Shown here piece after piece: positions 20,893-39,670 of a stretch of DNA of 64,000 nucleotides. Position 1 is the first letter of the stretch. Each line of letters begins with the position of its first letter. The DNA is from the human T2T-CHM13v2.0 reference genome, Homo sapiens, in assembly GCF_009914755.1 (NCBI RefSeq), contig NC_060931.1. One strand, 5' to 3'. Position numbers and translations under genes: made by a program. The notes under the pieces were generated by a model, which was not told the DNA's origin, did no database searches, and was given only the letters and a program-made list of their open reading frames with translations.

Positions 20893-21191
20893 TTTTTTTT
20901 TTTTTTTTTGAGGTGGGGAGTCTTACTCTGTCGCCCAGGCTGTAGTACAGTGGCATGATCTTGGCTCACTGCAACCTCTGCCTGCCGGGTATAAGCGATT
21001 CTCCTGCCTCACCCTCCAAGTAGCTGGGATTACAGGTGCATGCCACCACGCTCAGCTAGTTTTTGTATTTTTAGTAGACACGGGGTTTCACCATGTTGGC
21101 CAGGCTGGTCTTGAACTCCTGACCTCAATTAATCCGCCTGCCTCAGCCTCCCAAATTGCTGGGATTACAGGTGTGAGCCACTGTGCCTGGC
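20893..21191 (-). mobile_element. AluS
   Basis: Antisense dimer. Confidence 0.93.
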
Positions 21192-21289
21192 TAAGATCGA
21201 TGAATTGTTGATACTCATGGAAGTATTTTGTAAAATATTACTCATAGTAATGAGTGTTTACAGTTTAGTAATTATAGAATCATAGAAAG

Positions 21290-21480
21290 TAGCTGTGTAT
21301 CTTTGGGTAAGGCACTTAGTCTTTCAGAACCTCAATTTTCTCAATAATAATTAAACTAGGACAATAACATTTACTTTGTATAGTTCTTGTGAGACTTAAA
21401 TGAGATGACACATATGAAGCACCAACACAGTCCCTAGAACACAGAAGTACTCTGTACATGTTGACTATTATTATTATAAC
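21290..21480 (-). mobile_element. MIR
   Basis: GCTGTGTATCTTTGGGTAAGGCACTTA...CCTCAATTTTCTC...GTGAGACTTAAATGAGATG. Confidence 0.75.
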
Positions 21481-22094
21481 CCTAAATTACTGCTATTAGT
21501 TGACCTTATGGAGTCTTTGGGTTATATGTTAATTTAGATTGGCTAGCAGGTATATTGGGAGGTCTCTTGCTGTATTGAAATTTACATAAATCTTATTGGA
21601 ATCCTGCTGAGGTTGGTTTTGGAATCTTGCATGTAGGAAAGTAACTATCTGTAGGTTGGAGATGCTGTATCTGTACCATAAGGGCAAAAGAGAAAAGGAA
21701 ATAAAGCAAAATGAGGTAGAACTGTGTGAATCTACATTATTATACACATGGCAGAAGGACAAACTACTAAATTGACAGTATGGTTGTGGCAAAACTTCTT
21801 TCCAAGTAATGGGAAGGTTTTTCACCAGGTCAATAGAAAAAATGAAGTGAAATGCTGTAAGACTGTAAAACTTTGGACCATTTGCTGACCACGTCTCATT
21901 TAGTTCTCACAAGGGTACTGTCTGCAAAACAAAAAAACACAAAGACCAAAAACGCTAGAGAACTGGCTCTTGGTTTTGTTTCTGAATTAACTCTATAAAA
22001 GTAAAAAGTGGCTAAGAAGAATCTTCAGAATAGAAAACTAACTCTTTTTTTTTTTTTTCAGGTGTAGGGTATCCAAAGTGGAAAACTGAAATGA

Positions 22095-22228
22095 GCATTA
22101 GTTCTAGTTTTGTTATTGCTTGGCTTCATGACTTTGGCCAAGTCACTTAACCTATCTGGTCTTCAGTTTTTTTCATCTGTAAAGTAAGAATTTTTGCCCC
22201 AGACCCATTTAGCTCTAAAATTCCTTGG
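22095..22228 (-). mobile_element. MIR3-like
   Basis: TGACTTTGGCCAAGTCACTTAACCT...CAGTTTTTTTCATCTGTAAA...AGCTCTAAAATTC. Confidence 0.65.
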
Positions 22229-22279
22229 TGTACTTTTAGACATACAAAATGAAATTTGCATATCACTTAAAAATTTATT

Positions 22280-22384
22280 GGCCCAGCGTGGTGGCTCACG
22301 CTTGCAGTGAGCTGAGGTCCTGCCATTGCACTCCAGCCTGGGCAACAAAAGCAAAACTTTTGTCTCAAACAAACAAACAAAAAA
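22280..22384 (+). mobile_element. Internally deleted Alu (head fused to tail) with TSD AAAAATTTATT
   Basis: GGCCCAGCGTGGTGGCTCACGC|TTGCAGTGAGC... Confidence 0.9.
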
Positions 22385-22434
22385 TTTATTAAATAAAAAG
22401 TTAATTATTAATAATTAAATAAAAACTAAATAAT

Positions 22435-24690
<2,256 letters not shown>

Positions 24691-24695
24691 TATGC

Positions 24696-25289
<594 letters not shown>

Positions 25290-25629
25290 GCATCAGGAGT
25301 TTATACCTCCTATCATTTTAATTCAGAAACATCCTACACTAGAAAATGAGTAGAGAAATAAACAGAATCCAGGTATGTATGTACATTTTGAAGAATTACA
25401 TTACTTACTATGAAACATTTTATTGCATTTTATTCTCCTTTGAGGTAAACAGTCTATTGTTGGAGTTTCTGTAGTTGCTTAGAATATTAATCTTAACCTT
25501 CTAGCTAATAACAATGGTATTACTTTTAAATATACACTGTTTTTGAACTCATTACCAGGATAGGTCTTAGTCCTCTTTGAAACCTGCTTCTTTCTTGTCT
25601 CTAGTAACCTATCATTGACCAGGTCTGTA

Positions 25630-27660
25630 TCTTAAAGAGTGCTAGGTTTGAGCTGTCCTTGAACTGACAAACAATGGAGATGAGGATCACAAGTGAAATG
25701 GCATGTATAGAGGCCCAGAGGAATTAAAGAGTTTGCATGTCTGAAGAACGGCTATTCTAAGTATGCATGTCACGTGGTGGCCAGAGATAAGATATAGGTA
25801 GTGAGTGGGGGCTAGGTCACAAACAATTCAGTATGTCATGCTAAGGAACTGTTATTTTTATCCTACAGGCAATTTCGTAAGAATTTCAATAAGGAAATGT
25901 CTTGATTAGAATTACAAATTCGAAAGGCTTTTGTAGCCACATGAAGAATAAACTGAGACAGGGGAAGTGGTAAGCAGGCTATCGCAGGACATGAGAGGCT
26001 GGATGGATTTGGGAATTACTTGGCAGGTCAAATAATTAGGAATTAGTGATCTATTGGATATAGGCAGGAAGTAAAAGAATAGAGTCCAGGATGGCCCTTA
26101 GGTTTCCTTCAGTTTGAATTAGTGAATGTAGAAGGAGCAGTCTGGGTTGGTGGCATATGAATGTGACTTAAGTGGGATAACTTCTTCTTAGGGGTTGTCA
26201 GCTTGCATTCCCTTGGACTTTCTGGTGGAGATGTCCATACATGCATAAATATATATAAACATCTTTTTATTTAAGGACCCAGACTTGGGTTCAAATCTAA
26301 GCTCTGTTACTTCCTATTTGTGTGACCTTGAGTAGGTTAGTTAACCTTTCCATGTCTCAGTTATAGTTGTAAAAAGGGGATAATTCATAGAGTTGTTATA
26401 TGAATTAAACAAATAATTGACAAAAGTCTAACAGAGTGTCTAATACACAATAACTTGATAAATGTTGTCATTGTTATTCTAGATACGGGAATTTCCAGTA
26501 TCTTGTTTAGAAGGGATGAGATTCATTAGAGAGATGAGAATGAGAAGAGAGAGGACCAAATATGGACTGTTGGGGAATGCCAACAGTTGAACCTCAGAAA
26601 CTCAGTTGCCAGGAGTCCTCTACCCTCAATAGGTTATTTCAGACATCACTGGAGGGAGCAGAGGTTTATCTCTGTCCTATAGCCGGTTGTAACAAGTGTT
26701 GTTTTTATTCCCAGACTTATATATTCACATTCACTCATTTATTAAACATGCTTTTGCTAAGTTACTGGTAGACGTAATTCTAGGTGCTAAAGATATTGCA
26801 GAGAACAGTCACCTTGGTCACAGGCCTCAGGGTACTAACATTCTAGAGGAGAGAGATATCCATCAAAAATATAAAAGTATCCACTAGTGATAAGTACTTT
26901 AGAGAGAATGAAAATATCATAAAATGCTAGAGAATTCCTAGGAGTCTATGTTAGATTGGGTGGTAGAGAAAGCTTCTCTGAGGAGGATGTAGTAGCAAGC
27001 CATGTGAAGATTGGAGAGAAATACATCCTAGGTTGTGCAAAGGCCCCACCTTGGGAATAAGCTGTGGAGAACACTAAAAACAATATCAGGGCCCAAGATA
27101 GGGCATTGGGAAAACAGACGAGCTGAGGCCAAAGAGTAGGTAGTAACCAAGCCATGTGGGGCCCTCTAAGCCAGGATAAAGAGTGGAGGTTTATTTTAAG
27201 TGACTTGGAAAGCCCTTAAAAAGCTTTAGGCAGGAAAGTAGTGTACTGATTTACCTTTTCAAAAGGTCACTGTATGGTTGAGCGTGGTGGCTTATGCCTG
27301 TAATCCTATTACTTTGGGAAGCTGAGGTGGGAGGATTGCTTGAGCCCAGGAGTTGAAGACTAGTCTGGACAACAAAGCAACACCACATCTCTACAAACAA
27401 TTTTAAAAATTAGCTGGATGTGGTGGTGCATGCCTGTGGTCACAGTTACTTGGGAGGCTGAGGCAGGTGGATTGCTTCAACCCAGGAGTTTGAGGCTTCA
27501 GTGAGCTAAGATCACACCACTACCCTCCAGCCTGGGTAATAGAACAAGATCCTGTCTCAATCAATCAATCAGTCAATCACTGTGATCACAAGAGTCAAAA
27601 ATGAGGTAGGGAGAGCAGAAACAGGTGGCTAATGGAATAGTCTAGATGAGAGATACTTTA
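25630..27660 (-). mobile_element. L2 fragments with a nested MIR (26270-26480) and an AluJ
   Basis: Purine-rich L2 motifs (CATGCTAAGGAACT...TTTTATCCTACAGGCAAT; CATTCACTCATTTATTAAAC); MIR core CTTGGGTTCAAATC...TGTGACCTTGAG. Confidence 0.6.
27276..27580 (+). mobile_element. AluJ with (TCAA)n tail
   Basis: J diagnostics. Confidence 0.9.
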
Positions 27661-27794
27661 TTTTGTTCTCTTTTTTCCTTTTATTATCAAGTGAAAGCCT
27701 CATCCTGAGTCTCTTGGTTGCTTGGAAGCCTCAAAGCTGTCCTTGAACAGATCCCTGTCGGGAGAGTTGTTTTGATAATTGAGGTTCTCCAGGC

Positions 27795-27972
27795 CTAGAG
27801 CAGTGATGACCTACTGAAGGTCGTTAACCTGACTCTTAACCCAGGGCAACAGGGGTTAATGAGTGGGGTTCTAAGAGTATGAGCATGTATTCAATTACTT
27901 TCTTCTGAGGAGAGTTCATAGCTTCTTACCAGTTTGTCAGAGGGACCTGTGACCTCCAAAAGTATAACCATT
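27795..27972. mobile_element. hAT-Charlie-like MER relic
   Basis: CTAGAGCAGTG start; GAGAGTTCATAGCTT...AGAGGGACCTGTGACC...AAAAGTATAACCAT end resembles Charlie MITE termini. Confidence 0.45.
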
Positions 27973-28626
27973 AACAAGACAGTGTGTTGAGCACTGATGG
28001 GAGAGAGGGAAAACACAAAGTCAGACATAATTAAGAAGAAAAATGGGGTAGGCAGGCCAGATCATATGGCACTCAGGGAAAATATTAAGAGATAATAAAT
28101 CTTTTCCCCTTAGCTTCCTCCCTGTACGTTTTTACCAACGTCTAGAAATTCACGTTTTGCTTTCAGTGTCCATAAATGCCACAAGATGGCGAGGTTGCTC
28201 CTTAAAATGAATGTGAATTACCAAGTGGAAGAGAGGGAGAAAGAGAAAGAAAATGTGTGTTGGGTATTCCTCTCTGATTTTCCATAACTTCCCTGATTTT
28301 TCTTAGCTCTTTACTTGAATATAAAGTAGAATCGATATGCATACATTTTTCCTCTTTAATTTAGATTTTAATCATAGTTGTTTTTGGAATTGTAAAGCTA
28401 AAAATAAAATTTAAAGGAACTATCTGGATCCCAGGCTTAACATTTTTTCTACCTCTTCATTAAATTATTAATGAATAATTTCATTCTGCACATCACCAAC
28501 AGAGTAATCTTAGTAAAATACCATTTTGATGTTCATTCTCTGCTTTAAAATTTTATTTATTTATTCTCATAAAATTTATTCATAGTACTGGTAGTCAGTA
28601 TTTAAATAGTTACAAGTATAAGGTGA

Positions 28627-28966
<340 letters not shown>

Positions 28967-29254
28967 TTTATTATTATTATTGTCAGCTTCTTCGCTATTA
29001 TGAACAAGTGCAAGATTCCACGTACAAAATATCTTAATTTTTATGGTTTATTAAACAACATAATTTAAATGCTTAGATGTCTATTGTCATCATTTGACAT
29101 ACCTCAGGGTAGTTTTCTTTTTGTTATTCTCAACATTTTGTAGAAAAGGTAAGCTAATATATTATTTATACATTGATTAATGCATCTTTAGTAATTATGT
29201 ATATTTAGCTCTTGATATAAAATTCATTTTGCTTGTGTTATCTAATCAAATTAA

Positions 29255-29432
29255 ATCCTCATAAGAAATCTATGAGATAAATGTGAATATTGCCATTTTA
29301 CAGATGAAGACATTGAGGCTTAGGAAGATTGAATGAATTGTCAAAGATTTAATAGTTGGCAGAACTATAATTTGAATCCAGATTTTTTTTAATCCTAAAA
29401 CTCCCCTTTTTCCCTATACTTTACTGCTTCCA
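29255..29432 (+). mobile_element. MIR
   Basis: CCATTTTACAGATGAAGACATTGAGGCTTAG...TTTGAATCCAG. Confidence 0.75.
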
Positions 29433-30086
29433 ATGAGAGCAACTATTCCTTTTCTCTTTAATAGAAATACTTAGAAGTTGTAATTTAAAGTAATTAGGAT
29501 ATTTGTGTCTCTCCCTTGTTCTAAGCTGAACAAAAAGAGAATTTTTCCTGCAGGCCTTTATTTAGAAGAGTCCTTTTAGAGTTGCACTGATGGTGAGGGA
29601 CCTGGGTTTGTCCCATTTGAGGGATTTGGGCTCCTGGCCAGAAGCACCTGATTTTCCGAACCTAGAGTTAACTGAAACTTAATTTCTTTTGTTGACTTCC
29701 TGCTGAGATAACAGGTGGTTCACAGTGCACAGGCCTTCCTGCCGATGGTGGCAGCTTCTTTCTGTTCCTGGAGACTTGTTTTGTGCTGGGGACTACCAGT
29801 GGTTTGAAAACCATTGCTTTGAAGGCTGGAATCCCGGGCCAGGGTGCCCTCTACAGCAGCACACTACCTGCCCTGGAACTCATTCTCTAAAACTTGGCGT
29901 TATTTCTGCACAGAGAATGTTGGCTTATAGTTTATTTCTCTTTATTTGCTTCATATCCCATTTTTGTTCTTCTAAAGACTGAGAAAGTAATAGTTAAGAA
30001 TTTATACATTTTGTTATTGATATTGGGAGATAAAACTGTAATTTACCTGAATCAAGACGTTTGGGTTTTTCAGTATGGTTTTATGT

Positions 30087-30400
30087 GGCCGGGCGTGGTA
30101 GCTCATGCCCAATCTCAGCACTTCGGGAGACTGAGGCTGGTGGATCACTTGAGCTCAGAAGTTCAAAACCAGCCTGGGCAACATAGTGAAATCCCATCCC
30201 TACCCAAAATGCAAAAATTAGCTGGGTGTAGTGGTGTGTGCCTGTAGTCCCAGCTACTGGGGAGGCTGAGGGGGGAGAATTGCTGGAACACAGTCAGTCG
30301 AGGTTGCGGTGAGCCCCGACGGTGCCACTGCGCTCCGGTCTGGGTGACAGAGTGAGACCCAGTTTCAAAAAAAAGAAAAAAGAAAAAAAAAAGAAAAAGA
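30087..30400 (+). mobile_element. AluJ
   Basis: Diverged dimer. Confidence 0.9.
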
Positions 30401-30765
30401 TAATGGTTTTATTTTTTCTTCATGTAACAGTTCTAATTGAAAGATAGGCATAGTGGAAATAAAATTGACCATGAATAATTATTGAAGTTGACCGATGGGT
30501 TTATTATATATTCTATCTATTTTTATTTGAAATTTTCCAAGATAAAACATAAGCAGAGACATGTTTTAACACCTTTTTTTAATCATCAATAATTATAATC
30601 TTGAATTATTTTAATTCCTTCATATTAAGTGATAATTTTATCTGTGGAGTTTGTTTTACATACTCTTATTTGTGACAAAGATCATTTCTGGTGGCGAATG
30701 CATCTGGGTAGATTAATTGGTGATTATCACTCACTTTTGTGGTTTTATTTATTTACTTTTTATAG

Positions 30766-31345
<580 letters not shown>

Positions 31346-31462
31346 AAACAAGGCTTGCAGGCAACCCTTTCATGGCCTTCCTAAAGCAGCATATGCAGGG
31401 AATATCAGCAAGTAGCTGATGTGTATGGAAAGCTCTTCATTGGGTCACTCTGCTTGATATGA

Positions 31463-31828
<366 letters not shown>

Positions 31829-32109
31829 TAGCAATAAGCATCAGGACTGAGGGGAGTAGAAGAAAATCTTTCCTGTGTTCTGTTGATTCTTTCTGATGGC
31901 AAAAAAAAAAAAAAAAATTTGACACCTTCTCTACCTTCTCTTTGTAATCTTAAAAATCACTTAGTTGATGTTATTGTTTATTTATGTCCAAATCTTAAAA
32001 TCATTTAGGTTTTCTTTGTTTACTTGAGAAAATACATAAATAGAACTCAGGGAGATATTGTTCTGCTTAACTTTGTATATTAGCTTAACTTTGTATATTA
32101 CTGTGTACA

Positions 32110-32290
32110 AAGCAAGGGTAGCAAATACCTGTTGGAGTCAGGGAAGTACTTGAAACCCGGCTGAGGCATATGGAAGTAGAGTGGTGGACCCTGTGGCAAA
32201 TCAGAGGATTTATGCCCTATGTAGAGGGGAGAGGCAATACTCGACTCTAATTGATTATTGCATGTGAGAATGTGGGCCTGGTTTTGAATT
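32110..32290. mobile_element. hAT-type DNA transposon relic
   Basis: GAGTGGTGGACCCTGTGGCAAATCAGAG...ATGCCC...GAATGTGGGCC resembles recalled hAT MER consensus; subfamily uncertain. Confidence 0.4.
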
Positions 32291-32291
32291 A

Positions 32292-32911
<620 letters not shown>

Positions 32912-33092
32912 TGAGTAGCCGGGGTCGAGCACTATAATGAATTCTTACTGCCTTCTTCAAGGAATGGTATAGATCTAATAGTCTCGAAATGCTGCAGGAT
33001 TTCTGGATACAAATGTTTCTAACACACTATATTGTACAGTGGTTTTAGCACACCCTGTGTGGTGCTGAATATGTTTATTTTTGTTGTTTTAG

Positions 33093-33184
33093 GGTATGGT
33101 CAGACAGGTCCAATTTCTCAGCGAGCTGGTTATGATGCTGTTGCCTCGGCTGTTTCTGGTCTGATGCACATCACAGGGCCTGAG
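33093..33184 (+). CDS. SUGCT: Internal coding exon (92 bp, phase 1 to phase 0; probably exon 7) of succinyl-CoA:glutarate CoA-transferase
   Basis: Acceptor tttttgttgttttag ends at 33092 and donor GAG|gtaggt starts at 33185. Open frame GG TAT GGT CAG ACA GGT CCA...GGG CCT GAG = [31 protein letters not shown], carrying the GYGQTGP...GYD motif of class III CoA-transferases and matching recalled human SUGCT. Exon number is from memory. Confidence 0.96.
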
Positions 33185-33277
33185 GTAGGTATCCTTCCTT
33201 AGAATATTCATAATTTCTTCCCTTACATATTCCAAAAGGATTTTACTCTGCACTAACCCATAGGATTAAATGAGTTG

Positions 33278-33318
33278 TTAGGTTGGGGCAAAAGTAATTG
33301 CTGTTTTTGCCATTGAAA
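33278..33318. mobile_element. Half MADE1 (single Hsmar1 mariner TIR)
   Basis: TTAGGTTGGGGCAAAAGTAATTGCTGTTTTTGCCATT versus consensus TTAGGTTGGTGCAAAAGTAATTGCGGTTTTTGCCATT; second arm absent. Confidence 0.85.
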
Positions 33319-34156
33319 TTAATAATTTTAGAAAGAAACCAGGGAAAGTGAATGCTTATGAAAGTAAAACAGGAAGTGTTCATTACAAATGTATTGAGTC
33401 TAAACATCAATTTGGCCACATGGAAAAGAGCAATGTTTTTAGCAAGAAGCCATAGATCAGATGGTGAACACACTTTCCACATTTATTATGTTATTCAAGC
33501 TTAATATAGGCACCTTTGTGTGATTTAGGAATATTCCCTCTTTGAAATAAAACAGTTGACTAGACTAGACCACGGATGTCCATTTCTACTAGAGTGCCTT
33601 CATCTGCCATGTGTACATAGCAGAGGGTCTATTTTTCCTTTTGGAAAAATATAGGTAGTTATGTATTTGAAAATTTGTTGCTTAAAGCCTCCCTCAGGTT
33701 TAAATGTATCTAATTTGTCATGTGCCTTAGATTCTGACAGTGAAATAATTATTTGATTTTATAATAATTCCTCTCCATTGATAGTGGTTTGGGAAGTTCC
33801 TAACAAGTATTTAGATGGCCAAAATGTGGTTGGTTAGATTAAAAAAAAGGCTCTCGGGGAAAGCAATATGAATGACGTTAAACAAAGTGAAAAAAAGTGT
33901 GAAAGCCTAGTAAATAAAAATGCTAAAACACACCCATTTCAAAACAAACTAGATTGATGGCCTTAAAAAACTTGTTTCAGTGGGTGTTCATTCTCCAAAT
34001 CACTTCTTCTAGTTAATTCTTCAGGAAATATTGCTTGCTGTAGTGTTGGAATAAACTGAGACAGAGTGACCTCAAGTCTTTTGCAGTCTTCCTTTTATTT
34101 AATTTTACTTATTAATTAATTAATTATTTTCCTTTGCCTCTATTTTCTCATGATGA

Positions 34157-34834
<678 letters not shown>

Positions 34835-35655
34835 TTCCCTTAAAATATTCAAGAGCACCAGTTTTCTTTCCATCCATTGAGAGAATAGAGCATGGACATT
34901 TCTCTCATTGCTCAATTCCATAGGCTCTCATGTGGCCAAGACATTCTTTATTGTGAATGGTTTTATTTAAGGGTGTTGAACTCAATTAGGAATATGTGAA
35001 AAGATCTGGGATTTAAAAATTTCTATATTCAAATGGTAAAATGAATTAAATGAAAAACTGTTGAGCTGGGGGATTACTGTAGTTCCTTTAGTACATTGCA
35101 CTGTGGTCTAACAGGGATAATCACACAGTATATGCTCAACCTTATAATTTCTCAGTCAATAACAGCTTTTATCTCTTGTGTTACCCTACTCAGGTGATTT
35201 TTGTTCTAGGTGAGCAAATAACATTTATTGAGTGCTTGGTATGTGCCAAACATTGCTTTATATACTTTCCATGTATTACATTAAGTAAGCTTAACTCTCA
35301 CACTGTATTTCTTTCACATGGACACATCTTTCATTCCTTAATTAAGTTACACATCAACCTAGTAAGTAGTTACCGCATCTGTTTCCTACTGTACGGTGGG
35401 AATGGTGGTAGGCGCTGGAGATTAAGCAGGCAACAGGACAGGCACAGTCCTTATCTTCCTATAGCTGTTAAGTAGGGAAAACAAACATTAGCAGAAAATA
35501 TTTATTACATGCAAATAAAAAGAACTGCGAAGAAGAGTACAGGGTGCTATGAACATATATAAATAACAGTGTGCCTCAGGCCATTATTATGCTTCTAAAG
35601 ATCTCCATAAAGTGTGGTTTGACAGCTAAAGATAAAAGCTGATTGAAAAGAATCA

Positions 35656-35993
<338 letters not shown>

Positions 35994-36754
35994 TTAAGAG
36001 AGTTGTTTTCCCTTATCTTATCAGCAATATATTAACAATTCCCTAAGCCTCTCAGCAGAGATTGTACGGGAAAGCACTTCTGAAAGCCTTGGCTAATATT
36101 TTTAACCAGCCAGTGCACACACACTATTGCCAATTATATCCATTGCATATGAACTTTTCTGTAACTGCACAGCCATGTATCTGTGCTGTAGCATAACTCC
36201 ATGTTGTCAGATGAGTGATTGGAACTCAGGCTTCTCTGACATCAGGAGGCTTCTCCACATCACCCTACGCGGTGGAGCCCAAGTTTATCAGGGTTGTCGG
36301 TCAGGGAAGGCATCTCTGAGGGCATATATTTAGGGTGGGATCCTGTTAAGCATTAGCCGATTAGCATTAGAGAGTAATGCATGGTATTGCATGTCATCTA
36401 GATGCTGGAGAGTCTGGTAGTTTTGAAGAGCCAAAAGAAGGGCAGTGTCACTGGATTATTGTGAACTAATAAGGAAGTGGGGCCAAATGTGGTTGGGGAG
36501 GTAAGGAACAGTGGCTGAACTTATTGCTTGTGGATTTATTACCTTACTTAATAGTTTGATGAGAAAATACATTATTATATGCAAATATATTTTTAGTGAT
36601 AATCTCATATATTTCTCTCTTGAAATCGAGTGATATTCCAAATATATAGACTAGTGTTATAATGAAAAAACTCAAAGTGCAACTTTTTTTCCTATAGTGT
36701 TATAATAATGTCATTTTTATTCAAAACTGGGCATATCTAAATGTATAGTATAGG

Positions 36755-37422
<668 letters not shown>

Positions 37423-37582
37423 CTAATTACTGTTGACCTTTACTAAATCTAAAATCCAGCCTTTTACGTATGCTGTGGTGTTGTCAGATTAGATTATATT
37501 TGATTACGGACAAAGAGAGAATCTATTTTGAATTCCTACACTATGCCAGACAGATGATAGACATTTTACATATGTATTTTGA

Positions 37583-37930
<348 letters not shown>

Positions 37931-38362
37931 TCGTATTGACACATTCTATAACTGAAGCTTAGAGGCTTACATAACTTGATATGTAAAGTACTAAAGCCCA
38001 ACTTTGAATCCAGGTTTTCTTTACTTCTGTAGCCTGTACTCTTTCCACTCCCCATGATACCTGCAGAATGATCCTGATGTCTGTTGTATTTGCACCTTGC
38101 TTCTGCATGCTGCTTGATATTTGTTACGATGTAGTAAATAGTCCATTTGAAAGAGTGGGAGAGCACTCAAAGAGTTTGGGGTTCTGGCTCTAATTCACTG
38201 CTGTCTGTTCACTGACTGCCTAAAATGGGCCTCAGTAAGATGTAAGCCTCATAGGAAAGACCGTGGTCCTTGATTTGGTCACTACTTTATGCATAGAACA
38301 GGCCCTTAGTAAACAATTATGTTGAGTAAATGAGTAAATGAATATCTGGTACTGTGCTATGT

Positions 38363-38365
<3 letters not shown>

Positions 38366-38440
<75 letters not shown>

Positions 38441-38575
38441 GAGACAAGGTCTCACTCTGTTGCCCAGGCTGGTGTAATCATGGCTCACAGCAGCCTCAAC
38501 ATCCCGGGGCTCAGGTGGTCCTCCCCACTCAGCCTCCTGAGTAGCTGGGACCAAAGGCACATGCAACCATGCCTG
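38366..38575 (-). repeat. (AT)~23 plus T28 plus AluJ right-arm fragment
   Basis: Direct reading. Confidence 0.92.
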
Positions 38576-39367
38576 CATCCATCTCTCTCTCTCTCTATCA
38601 TCTGTTTATCTATCTATCATCTTTTTTTAATGCATACAGAATTTGAAGAGATTGGGAATGAAATCAAAGTATGAGAGATTCTGGAAAGTAAATGACTCAG
38701 ACATATGTGATATGTGTTCTGAGTAATAATTCAACTGTAAATATTGGCACAGTTAAACATCAAGAAGAATTATACTGAGCAATCAAATGAACAAAGACGT
38801 ATTGACCATATGTGTAATGTTGTATTAGGTACCATAATAAGTTACTCTGTAAGGAATTTTTTCCTTCCCTAGATTAGATGTATATGCATGGAAAAATGAG
38901 AAAATAAAAATAACAGAAAACTGAATAAAATTAGTGGTATGTTATGTTGCAGATAATACATCAGATTGGAAGGTAAAGCATCTTTAATTTTCTTCTTGAG
39001 GATTAACAACATTGGAAAACTCATGAGTTGGATGATCCTAGAGGCTTGGGGCTTGGGAGTGTGTGTCTGTCTGTGTGTGTTTGTGTGTGTGTATGTCTAT
39101 ATATGTGATGTTGACAACGAAGGCAGTTCTTTGCAAGCAGCTGAGAGTGGCAGATGTATGAGGGCAAGTTGATATGGTGGCAGTTGTTAGATGTTTCTGT
39201 GAGAACTTCCATGGTAGGGATAGCCAAGAATTCAACTCTGTGTCCTAGTTTCCAGTGCAATAAATGCTCCTCACAATTTAAAAAAACTTAATAACATCTT
39301 CAGAATCTATTTATGGCTTACACTGAATCTGTTGGAGAGAAGTTTTTATTGTAACTTGATGATGTAT

Positions 39368-39670
<303 letters not shown>

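Noticed and set aside
39180-39218. AVVRCFCENFHGR, loosely like SUGCT AAVCDVFVENYVPGK (possible decayed exon duplicate)
   Set aside because: Short, needs indels, has no splice context and lies downstream of the wrong exon; chance is likely. A tblastn/LASTZ hit to the upstream exon would be needed.
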